Below are positions 1-7,868 of a DNA stretch of 11,686 nucleotides, piece by piece. The DNA is taken from NCBI GenBank assembly GCA_043813605.1, contig JBDRKX010000082.1, forward strand, positions 1-11,686, given 5' to 3'. How positions within the stretch are numbered: position 1 is the first letter of the stretch; the number at the start of each line of letters is the position of its first letter. Source of the DNA: Elusimicrobiota bacterium (lineage in GTDB: Bacteria; CG03; SLGR01; JBDRKX01). A program made the translations under genes and the position numbers. Below the pieces are notes generated by a model. It had not been told where the DNA came from, made no database searches, and saw only the letters and a program-made list of their open reading frames with translations.

Positions 1-1
1 T

Positions 2-589
2 TTTAAGAGGGTATGCGATATCGTTATGTCTATGCTGATCATGGTTGCGCTCGGCCCGTTTCTTTTGTTCCTTATTATTGTGATAAAACTGGATACTCCC
101 GGCCCGATAATCTATTCGCATCTCAGGAAAGGGTACAGGGGTAAATCTTTCAAATTCTATAAATTCAGGTCTATGATAAGAGATGCCGACAATCAATTAG
201 ATGAACTGATTGAAAAAAATGAGCGTGGGGGCCCGGTATTCAAGATGAGAAAGGATCCGAGAGTCACTAAAGCCGGATTATTCATACGCAAATATTCGAT
301 AGATGAAATACCGCAGTTGTTCAATGTGCTGAAAGGCGACATGTCGCTTGTCGGCCCCAGGCCTCAGGTGTTGTGGGAAGCGAAAGTCTACGATGAAGAA
401 GCAAAAAGGCGGCTGAATATTCTGCCCGGTGTTACCGGGTTATGGCAGGTGTCGGGCAGGTCGGACCTGTCTTATAAGCAGATGATAGAGCTTGACTTGT
501 ATTACCTGGAAAACTGGACTCCCGGGCTGGATATGAAGATACTTTCCAAAACGCTGCCGGTGGTTCTCATGAAAAAAGGCGCTTATTGA
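2..589 (+). CDS. Polyprenyl-phosphate phosphoglycosyl transferase (Bac_transf; WcaJ/WbaP/CpsE family), 5'-truncated by the window edge
   Basis: Frame is open from base 2 (FKRVCDIV, the usual KR..DI before the membrane helix), so ATG 26 is internal. Motifs KFRSM, DPRVT, IDEIPQLFNVLKGDMSLVGPRP, PGVTGLWQVSGR. Confidence 0.93.
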   Translation, partial: FKRVCDIVMSMLIMVALGPFLLFLIIVIKLDTPGPIIYSHLRKGYRGKSFKFYKFRSMIRDADNQLDELIEKNERGGPVFKMRKDPRVTKAGLFIRKYSIDEIPQLFNVLKGDMSLVGPRPQVLWEAKVYDEEAKRRLNILPGVTGLWQVSGRSDLSYKQMIELDLYYLENWTPGLDMKILSKTLPVVLMKKGAY

Positions 590-617
590 ACCACATCCGG
601 GTTAAGAGAAGTGTAAG

Positions 618-1994
618 ATGCTGAAAAAAACGATAAATTTCGGTACTGACGGCTGGCGCGGGGTGATAGGCGAGGATTTTACTTTTGAAAATCTCGGGCG
701 GCTCGCAGGCCGTATAATCGCATATATGGCTGATAAAGGTAAAAAGGTCTGTATAGGTTATGATAACAGGTTCCTTTCTCCCGAATACGCGGATTTTTTC
801 GCGGCGGCGCTTGAAAAATCCGGACTGGAAGTGGATCTTTCCGGTCAGGCGGTAACAACTCCGTGCGTTTCGCACAGGACCAACCGGAAAGGATACGATC
901 TTGGTATAATGATCACGGCATCACATAATCCTCCGCATTATAACGGTATTAAATTCAAGGAATCCTACGGGGGGTCCGCCAGTACCGAAGTGGTTAATGA
1001 CATAATCAGGGACCTGGATAAGATGAATTACGAGGGAGAGACCACTGAACTGGCCTTTCAGGGGAATCCTGCCGACTGGGGACCGGAATATGAAGATGAG
1101 TTCATAAAAATACTGCCTGCCGGAGACCTGAAAGTGGTCTGTGATTTCATGCACGGGACCGGCTATCCCTCCTTTGAAAATATACTTAAAAAGAAAGGCT
1201 ATGATATAGTCTCACTGAGACAGGGAAGGGATCCGCTTTTCGGAGGGATCAATCCGGAACCTAAACCGGCGGCACTCGGTGAACTGGCGCGGACGGTCAA
1301 AGAAACAAATGCGGATATAGGATTCGCTTTTGACGGTGACGGAGACAGGATAGCTGCTGTTGATGAGAAAGGGAGGCTTTTGTCTTCACAGGTAATCCTT
1401 TCCGTGATAGCATACGATATGCTCGAACAGGGAAAAAAGGGCGCTATAGTCAAGACGGTAGCGGGTACCTATTTGATTGACCGCATGGCAAAAAAGTATA
1501 ATATAGATTTCAGGGTAGTTCCGATAGGATTCAAGAATATCTGCCCGGAGATACTGAAAGGCGGCGTGCTTGCGGCCGGCGAAGAAAGCGGAGGTATAGG
1601 TTTCGGTGATTACCTGCCTGAGCGGGATGCTGTTAACACTGCTGTCAGGATCATTGAAATAATAAGAAGACGCGGCAGGCTTATGGGGGAACTCTGGGAT
1701 GATGTCAGCAGCGAATTCGGCGGAAGCTGCTATTTAAGGGAAGATTTTGAGATCCCGGCAGGCGGCGGGATCGAAAAGATGCTGGCAAGGATAAAAGACG
1801 GCATTAAAAAAGTACGGTTCCCGTATAAAATAACCGATATACTGGAACTTGACGGAATAAGGATAAACATGGAAGAGGAAAGGTGGCTGCTGTTGAGGCC
1901 TTCCGGTACCGAACCGGCGCTCAGGCTTTATGCGGAAACCGAGAGTGAAAAGAGCACGAAGAAACTGCTCGAAATAGGAAAGGAGTTAATATAA
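618..1994 (+). CDS. Phosphoglucomutase/phosphomannomutase family (alpha-D-phosphohexomutase)
   Basis: FGTDGWRG, phosphoserine loop TASHNP, metal loop DGDGDR, sugar loop GEESGG, phosphate loop RPSGTEP. Confidence 0.95.
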   Translation: MLKKTINFGTDGWRGVIGEDFTFENLGRLAGRIIAYMADKGKKVCIGYDNRFLSPEYADFFAAALEKSGLEVDLSGQAVTTPCVSHRTNRKGYDLGIMITASHNPPHYNGIKFKESYGGSASTEVVNDIIRDLDKMNYEGETTELAFQGNPADWGPEYEDEFIKILPAGDLKVVCDFMHGTGYPSFENILKKKGYDIVSLRQGRDPLFGGINPEPKPAALGELARTVKETNADIGFAFDGDGDRIAAVDEKGRLLSSQVILSVIAYDMLEQGKKGAIVKTVAGTYLIDRMAKKYNIDFRVVPIGFKNICPEILKGGVLAAGEESGGIGFGDYLPERDAVNTAVRIIEIIRRRGRLMGELWDDVSSEFGGSCYLREDFEIPAGGGIEKMLARIKDGIKKVRFPYKITDILELDGIRINMEEERWLLLRPSGTEPALRLYAETESEKSTKKLLEIGKELI

Positions 1995-3172
1995 TGGCAG
2001 GCAGAACTTACACTTTCACATCGGAATCAGTGACTGAAGGGCATCCGGACAAGGTGTGTGATCAGATATCCGACGGTATTCTGGACGAACTCATAAGGCA
2101 GGACCCGAATTCCAGGGTCGCCGTGGAATGCCTTACTACTACCGGTACAGTGCATGTGGCCGGCGAGGTCACAACTAACGGGTATGTGGATATTCAGAAA
2201 GTCGTACGGCAGGTATTGAGAGATATCGGCTATACCAATCCGAAATTCGGACTCGATTACGGAGATGCCGGAGTCTGGGTATCCATACATGAACAATCTC
2301 CTGACATATCCCAGGGAGTTACAGAAGGTTCCGGTGAATCAACCGAGCAGGGCGCCGGAGACCAGGGGATGATGTTCGGGTATGCGTGTAACGAGACGCC
2401 GGAACTGATGCCGCTGCCGATTATGATGGCGCATAAACTTTCGATGAGGCTTGCAGAAGTAAGAAAGAGCGCTGAAATAGCCGATCTGGGCCCTGACGGT
2501 AAATCCCAGGTCACGGTTGAGTATGAAGACGGGATCCCTAAAAGGATAAGTGATGTCGTAATAGCGCAGCAGCATCTTGATACTATTGATGAATCTTCTC
2601 TGAAACAGGAGATATTGGAAAAAGTCATAAAGCCGGTCTGCGCCGATTATATGGATGATGATACAAATATCCATATAAACGCTACGGGAAAATTTGTTGT
2701 AGGCGGTCCCGAGGGTGATACAGGTCTCACGGGCAGAAAGATAATCGTTGATACGTACGGCGGTATGGGCCGTCATGGCGGCGGGGCTTTCTCAGGAAAA
2801 GACCCGTCAAAAGTCGACAGGTCCGCGGCTTATGCAGCAAGGTATATCGCTAAAAATGTAGTGGCGGCCGGACTTGCAGACAGGTGTGAAGTCGAGCTCG
2901 CATATGCGATAGGCGTAGCAGAACCTACAGGCGTCTTTGTGGACACTTTTTGCACGAACAGTATCCCGGAAGAAAGAATAGTGGAATTGGTGAGGGAAAA
3001 CTTTCCGTTAAAACCCAAAGATATAATCGAAAAACTTGATTTAAGAAGACCTATATTCAGGAAAACTGCCGCTTACGGGCATTTCGGCAGGCAGGACCCT
3101 GATTTTACGTGGGAGAAAACGGATAAGGCCGGTCTTCTCAGGGAAAAAGCGGGAGAATCAAGTAAAGCATAA
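1994..3172 (+). CDS. metK: S-adenosylmethionine synthetase (bacterial type)
   Basis: [73 protein letters not shown] overlap with the upstream stop. Confidence 0.98.
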   Translation: MAGRTYTFTSESVTEGHPDKVCDQISDGILDELIRQDPNSRVAVECLTTTGTVHVAGEVTTNGYVDIQKVVRQVLRDIGYTNPKFGLDYGDAGVWVSIHEQSPDISQGVTEGSGESTEQGAGDQGMMFGYACNETPELMPLPIMMAHKLSMRLAEVRKSAEIADLGPDGKSQVTVEYEDGIPKRISDVVIAQQHLDTIDESSLKQEILEKVIKPVCADYMDDDTNIHINATGKFVVGGPEGDTGLTGRKIIVDTYGGMGRHGGGAFSGKDPSKVDRSAAYAARYIAKNVVAAGLADRCEVELAYAIGVAEPTGVFVDTFCTNSIPEERIVELVRENFPLKPKDIIEKLDLRRPIFRKTAAYGHFGRQDPDFTWEKTDKAGLLREKAGESSKA

Positions 3173-3229
3173 AAATATTCCGGCGGATACCGGATAATTA
3201 CAGCGGCTTTTGAAAGAGCCGGGAGATAA

Positions 3230-4675
3230 ATGACAGATAAACTTGGCACAGTAAGAGATGTGATACACAATTACATCTATTTTACTGTCCCGTCGAAAAC
3301 CGGCGAGATATCGGAAAGGGAATTAATAGATTCCGAATGGGTGCAGCGGCTGAGGCAGATATTTCAGCTGCAGTCAGCCTGGCTCATCTATCCTAATGCG
3401 ATACATCTCAGGTTTCAGCATTCACTGGGTGTTATGCATCTTGCGGGAGAGATGGCGTATCAGTTTTATCCCTTGTTCAAGGAGGCTTTTCCCGAAGAGA
3501 GTATTCCCGAAAGGAATTATGTCGAAGAAGTATTCCGCCTTGCCGGTTTGCTGCATGATATCGGACACGGGCCGTTCGGACATCTTCTCGACGATGTATA
3601 CACTATACCGAAATACGGCAAGACACATGAAGATATATCCTCGGCTATAATACTGAACGAACTCGCCGACCTGATAATAAGAATACGCAGATCACCGCAC
3701 GGTACTTTCCATGCTCCCATATCGGCAAAACAGGTTGCCAAATTCATTAAGATGCCGGGTAATTTTAAAAAATTCTCTTTATGGGAACAGGTTTTTTCCA
3801 AGATAATGCTCGGCATATATTCGGCGGATGCCATGGATTTCCTTTTAAGGGACCAGTACTTCTGCGGTACGAGCGAATTCGGAAAGATCAATTACCGGAA
3901 CCTGATAGATAACACGATAATAACGGGCGGCGGCATGACATTGAAAAAGAACGCTCTTCCTGCATTCAGGACTTTCCTCCAGACCAGGTTCAATATGTTC
4001 AGGCATGTGTACCTCTATGAGAGAAATGAGCTGTATGACCTTGCATTCGGCAAGCTGCTTCCCGAAGTACTGAAACATATGAGGCTGGGGAATCCCCTGA
4101 AGAATCTTTCAAAGTTCAAAAAGATAACAGATTTCGGATTGCATTATATTGTACCTACCTGGAGTAACGAGACCGGAGAGCTTGGGAAAATCGGCCGTGA
4201 ATGGCGGAATATGCTTTTAAGAAGAGAGATGCCGTATGCCAAGGTAATGGATGAAGAAAATTTTTACCATAATATCGGTGAAACCAGTCATATAATAGAC
4301 AGGAATATTCTTGAAAAGGAACTCAGGAACAGGTTCAGCGGTTATCCCGGCCTCAAAGTGCTTATCTCAAGGAATGATATAAGGCTCCAGCAGCAGTTCA
4401 TGCAGTTTGAAAACACTGAAAACTTCCGGAACACGGATAATATAAAGGCTATCAGCTTAATCGATCCCAACAGCGGGGAGTTCTGCGCGGATGAGGGAAA
4501 TGAGTATATTAAAGATATACCGCTCAAATACGAGGTTATCAGGGTTTATATCCCGGAGCAGTACAGTGAAAAGATCGAAGAAAAAGATACTGTTATTGAA
4601 CAGGGAGAACTGTTTTCCGGGCAGGATCTTATAGGTGACGAGACGGGAATGCGCGAGGATAAGACAAGTATGTAA
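3230..4675 (+). CDS. HD-domain phosphohydrolase, SAMHD1-like dNTP triphosphohydrolase family
   Basis: QRLRQIFQL, HLRFQHSLG (H64), LLHDIGHGPFGH (H109-D110), HEDIS, ADAMDFLLRD (D200), TRFNMFRHVY. SD GGAG at 3222-3225. Confidence 0.88.
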   Translation: MTDKLGTVRDVIHNYIYFTVPSKTGEISERELIDSEWVQRLRQIFQLQSAWLIYPNAIHLRFQHSLGVMHLAGEMAYQFYPLFKEAFPEESIPERNYVEEVFRLAGLLHDIGHGPFGHLLDDVYTIPKYGKTHEDISSAIILNELADLIIRIRRSPHGTFHAPISAKQVAKFIKMPGNFKKFSLWEQVFSKIMLGIYSADAMDFLLRDQYFCGTSEFGKINYRNLIDNTIITGGGMTLKKNALPAFRTFLQTRFNMFRHVYLYERNELYDLAFGKLLPEVLKHMRLGNPLKNLSKFKKITDFGLHYIVPTWSNETGELGKIGREWRNMLLRREMPYAKVMDEENFYHNIGETSHIIDRNILEKELRNRFSGYPGLKVLISRNDIRLQQQFMQFENTENFRNTDNIKAISLIDPNSGEFCADEGNEYIKDIPLKYEVIRVYIPEQYSEKIEEKDTVIEQGELFSGQDLIGDETGMREDKTSM

Positions 4676-4733
4676 TAAACAGCAATAAGCCGTAAGTAGT
4701 AAGTTATAGGATTACAACGTAAAGCTTGATCAA

Positions 4734-5384
4734 ATGAAGATTGTAAATGATAAATCCGGGGAAAGAGAGGGCATGGTCCGAATTCAGATAGAAGAGCGGG
4801 GCATTAAAGACACGAGATTACTGGAAGCTTTCCGCAGTATTCCCAGGCACCAGTTTGTACCGGAAGAATTTAAGAGTGATGCTTATGCCGACCGGCCGCT
4901 TCCCATAGGTGAGGGGCAGACAATATCGCAGCCTTTTATTGTAGCCGAGATGAGTATGCTTCTGGACATATCCGAAGGAGACAGAATTCTGGAAATAGGT
5001 ACGGGTTCCGGATACCAGACAGCCATCCTTGTTTATCTGGGAGCAGAGGTATATACGGTTGAAAGAAAGAAACAGCTCCTTGAAAAGGCCGGTGATCTGC
5101 TGGATGATATCGGTCTCAAAGCGACACTTATTGAAGGAGACGGTACCGAAGGGTATCCTGCCGCTGCGCCTTATGACGGTATCATAGTAACAGCTGCCGC
5201 TCCTGATGTCCCTGCGCCGCTTCTGGAGCAGCTTGCCGAAGGCGGCAGGCTTGTGATCCCGGTAGGCCTGAGACTGACCCAGGAACTTAAAGTGTTCAGG
5301 AAGATTGCCGGAAGGATCACAGAAGAAAGATGCGGGGGCTGCATGTTTGTGCCATTAATAGGGAAATACGGCTGGAGGAGATAA
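4734..5384 (+). CDS. pcm: Protein-L-isoaspartate O-methyltransferase
   Basis: GQTISQP, SAM motif ILEIGTGSGYQTA, APYDGIIVTAAA, QLAEGGRLVIPVG, C-terminal FVPL. Confidence 0.96.
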   Translation: MKIVNDKSGEREGMVRIQIEERGIKDTRLLEAFRSIPRHQFVPEEFKSDAYADRPLPIGEGQTISQPFIVAEMSMLLDISEGDRILEIGTGSGYQTAILVYLGAEVYTVERKKQLLEKAGDLLDDIGLKATLIEGDGTEGYPAAAPYDGIIVTAAAPDVPAPLLEQLAEGGRLVIPVGLRLTQELKVFRKIAGRITEERCGGCMFVPLIGKYGWRR

Positions 5385-5386
5385 CC

Positions 5387-5662
5387 GTGGCCGCGGCAAA
5401 AATCCTTGTAAAAGGCCTTGTCCAGATGGTAGGGTACAGGTACTATACTTCAAGGCATGCCGGTAAACTCGGTGTGAAGGGTTACGTACGCAATCTGCCG
5501 TCAGGCGATGTTGAAGTAGTGGCCCAGGCGGATAATGATACTATGGATGTTTTTATAGAGTTGCTTAAGCAGGGACCGCGCTCTGCTGTTGTTGAAGCTG
5601 TAAGAATAGATGACGGATTTATTCCGGAAACAGATTTCAAAGATTTCAGTGTAAGATTTTGA
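5387..5662 (+). CDS. acyP: Acylphosphatase (91 aa; start reassigned to GTG 5387)
   Basis: GLVQMVGYRY and GYVRNLPSGDVEV with the catalytic Arg and Asn, plus GP..AVV and C-terminal FSVRF. SD GGAGGAG at 5374-5380 precedes GTG 5387, while the track start 5330 lies inside pcm. Confidence 0.92.
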   Translation: MAAAKILVKGLVQMVGYRYYTSRHAGKLGVKGYVRNLPSGDVEVVAQADNDTMDVFIELLKQGPRSAVVEAVRIDDGFIPETDFKDFSVRF

Positions 5663-6275
5663 ACAGGCCTGTTGTATTTATCCTGTTTTTTTTGTTAACA
5701 TATGGCTGTACATATATCGGGCCGGGTATTTACCATACGGTATTGCAGGGCGAAACGGTATGGGATATATCGACGACATATAACTGTGAGATAGAAGATA
5801 TAATAAGCGCTAACAGGCTGCTTAATGATCCAAACGAGATAAAGCCGGGTCAGAAGATATATATGTTCCCGGCGCAAGATATGTCAGAAAAGTCCCTAAG
5901 AGTTCTTTGAATTTTATGTGGCCTGTAAAAGGAAAGGTAATCCAGAAATTCGGGCAATCCGGCATAAAAAGGCATCTGGGTATCGGAATCCGCGCCGACA
6001 GGGGGACACCTGTCGCTGCCGCTGAGTCCGGAAAGATCATATTTGCAAGTGAGAATTTCAGGTCTTACGGAAAAACGATAATAATTGAGCATAATGAATA
6101 CTATACTACCGTATATGCTCACAACAGTGTCAACCTGGTGAGAGAAGACCATGAAGTAAAAAAAGGAGAGAAAATAGCCGAGGTAGGCGATACCGGCTGG
6201 GCGGATTCGCCTTTTCTCTATTTTGAGATCAGGTACAGGGAGAAACCCAGGAATCCGGTATTCATGTTACCGTGA
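5659..6275 (+). pseudogene. nlpD: NlpD-like LysM + M23/LytM lipoprotein, split into 5659-5910 and 5907-6275 by a frameshift at (AT)4 5857-5864
   Basis: Signal peptide with lipobox-like LTYG-C; LysM YHTVLQGETVWDIS...ANRL..PNEIKPGQKIY; M23 FMWPVKG, YGKTIIIEH, VYAHN, LYFEIR, PRNP. Deleting one AT gives a continuous 204-aa ORF. It lies between pcm and a sigma gene. Confidence 0.88.
5857..5864 (+). repeat. (AT)4 dinucleotide tract at the nlpD frameshift
   Basis: CAG AAG ATATATAT GTT CCC; (AT)3 restores Q-K-I-Y-V-P. Confidence 0.85.
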
Positions 6276-6297
6276 TAATAATAGGAGTTAAAACTGC

Positions 6298-7137
6298 ATG
6301 ACCCCAACACTAGATTCAATAAAACTGTATCTTAAGGAACTCTCCAGGATTTCATTAATATCAGAGGAGGAGATGAAGAAACTCGTTCCCAGGCTTAGGA
6401 GAAAGGAGAAGAAGGCCAGGGAACGCATGATAAAAGGGAACTTGAGATTTGTAGTGAGTATTGCTAAAAGATACTATCGTCCCGGTGTGGATCTTTGCGA
6501 TCTCATTGAAGCCGGCAATATAGGATTGATAGCGGCTGTTAACCGCTATGATCCGGACAGGGGCACCAAATTTTCTACATATGCGCATGACTGGATAAAA
6601 GAGTATATCCAGAGAGCGGTACTGAGCCATACTAAACCTATTCATATCCCCATGTACATATATCAGAAATTTCAGAAGATAATAAACGCGTGGGACAGGG
6701 TATTCAAGGAAAAGGGAAGGACTGCCACTCCTGAAGAGCTGGCGAAATTTACGGGGTTCCCCCAAAAAGATGTAAAAAAGTATTTATATTACATAAAAAT
6801 ATTCAGTGAAATACCTTCTCTTGATGCGCCCATATCAAAAGGTATCGACGTCCCGCTGAAAGCGACAATAGCTTCAACAGATACACCTTCTGCAGACGAT
6901 GCTGCGGGAGTGATCGCCGTTCATCAGCAGATAGAGCAGTTACTCGTAAGTATAACTGACAGGGAAAAGGAAGTGATCATGCTGAGGTTCGGTATAGGCG
7001 CGACGCATCCGCATACTCTTCATGATGTCGGGGTGAAACTCAATATATCAAGAGAACGTGTCAGGCAGATACAGGATAAAGCGATGAACAAATTAAAAAA
7101 AGCATCAGTAAAGATGAAAGGAGAAGACGAACTATGA
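6298..7137 (+). CDS. Sigma-70 family group-2-like (RpoS-like) sigma factor lacking region 1.1
   Basis: Region 1.2 DSIKLYLKEL, 2.1 NLRFVVSIAKRY, 2.2 DLIEAGNIGL, 2.3 KFSTYA, 3.2 SLDAPI, 4.2 TLHDVG..LNISRERVRQI. SD AGGAG at 6283-6287. Occupies the rpoS position after nlpD. Confidence 0.92.
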   Translation: MTPTLDSIKLYLKELSRISLISEEEMKKLVPRLRRKEKKARERMIKGNLRFVVSIAKRYYRPGVDLCDLIEAGNIGLIAAVNRYDPDRGTKFSTYAHDWIKEYIQRAVLSHTKPIHIPMYIYQKFQKIINAWDRVFKEKGRTATPEELAKFTGFPQKDVKKYLYYIKIFSEIPSLDAPISKGIDVPLKATIASTDTPSADDAAGVIAVHQQIEQLLVSITDREKEVIMLRFGIGATHPHTLHDVGVKLNISRERVRQIQDKAMNKLKKASVKMKGEDEL

Positions 7138-7655
7138 ACTTGATAGAGACCATAAGAAACGTTCCTGATTTTCCAAAACAGGGCATCCAGTTTAAGGATA
7201 TCACCACACTTGTAAAAAAACCGGCGGCGTTTAAAGAAGTCATAGACTGGATGACATCATTATACAAAGGTAAAGGAATAACCAAAGTGGTCGCCGTTGA
7301 ATCCCGCGGATTTATTTTCGGCGCGCCGCTCGCCATAGCTTTGAACGCCGGTATGGCGCTTGTTAGGAAAAAAGGCAAACTGCCTGCAGAGACTTTGTCC
7401 GTCAAATATGAACTTGAATACGGAACGGATGAGCTCGAGATACATACCGATGCAATAGAACCTGAAGAAAATGTAGTGATCGTCGATGATCTGCTGGCTA
7501 CGGGCGGAACGACACGGGCGACAATCGAGCTTATAAACAAGGTGCCTGCGAAGATCCTGGGTATATGTGTGCTGATAGAACTGGAAGGTCTTAATGGCAG
7601 GAGTAAGCTTACGCCATACCATGTCGATTCTCTGATCAAATTCAAAGATGTATAG
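7134..7655 (+). CDS. apt: Adenine phosphoribosyltransferase
   Basis: PDFPKQGIQFKDITTL, ESRGF, RKKGKLP, LEYG, PRPP motif VIVDDLLATGGT. ATGA overlap with the sigma gene. Confidence 0.97.
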   Translation: MNLIETIRNVPDFPKQGIQFKDITTLVKKPAAFKEVIDWMTSLYKGKGITKVVAVESRGFIFGAPLAIALNAGMALVRKKGKLPAETLSVKYELEYGTDELEIHTDAIEPEENVVIVDDLLATGGTTRATIELINKVPAKILGICVLIELEGLNGRSKLTPYHVDSLIKFKDV

Positions 7656-7667
7656 GAAAATATTTTT

Positions 7668-7862
7668 CCGATGGTGTATTAAACCCATTTATTGCAATAA
7701 AAGATGGAATTCGACGAAAAATATGCCATATTCTACGTCGCAAAAAAGCTCGGCAATACTTACGAGTATTACCTCTCTTTTTTGTTGTGTATCATACAGC
7801 ATCTTTCTCGTCTCGGTTCTACATCTCTATTACAACAAATGGGTTAAAACAGCCTGCATCGG
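7668..7862 (-). ncRNA. Candidate structured ncRNA: long imperfect inverted repeat forming a rod-like hairpin (core 7682-7845)
   Basis: Hand-folded helices: 7682-7706/7822-7845, 7713-7731/7794-7812, 7734-36/7789-91, 7741-48/7777-84, 7752-60/7765-73, loop 7761-64, outer 7668-73/7857-62. Seven positions are G-U on the minus strand but A-C on the plus strand. The repeat is certain; transcription is inferred. Confidence 0.6.
7741..7784. terminator. Possible bidirectional intrinsic terminator formed by the apex of the rod
   Basis: CAAAAAAG-CTC-GGCAATACT-TACG-AGTATTACC-TCT-CTTTTTTG: a stem-loop with a T6 tract on each strand, ~85 nt after the apt stop. The stem is AT-rich and the T tract is offset by 4 nt. 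Confidence 0.4.
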
Positions 7863-7868
7863 CTGTAT

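Noticed and set aside
590..617. SAM riboswitch or leader for metK
   Set aside because: metK is coupled directly to the mutase stop, and this spacer is only 28 bp.
5330..5386. N-terminal extension of acylphosphatase in the ORF track
   Set aside because: Overlaps the pcm 3' end; GTG 5387 has a strong SD and gives the normal ~90-aa length.
7766..7797. NikR-like half sites GTATTA...TCATAC upstream of the lar genes
   Set aside because: The spacer is 20 bp rather than the 16 bp of the E. coli NikR operator, and both halves are explained by hairpin pairing.
7689..7847. Small ORFs inside the rod: + 7704-7847 (47 aa, MEFDEKYAIF...) and - 7802-7689 (37 aa, MLYDTQQKRE...), considered as type I toxin or leader peptides
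   Set aside because: No clear transmembrane helix, weak or absent SD, starts buried in helices. Only ribosome profiling could rescue them.
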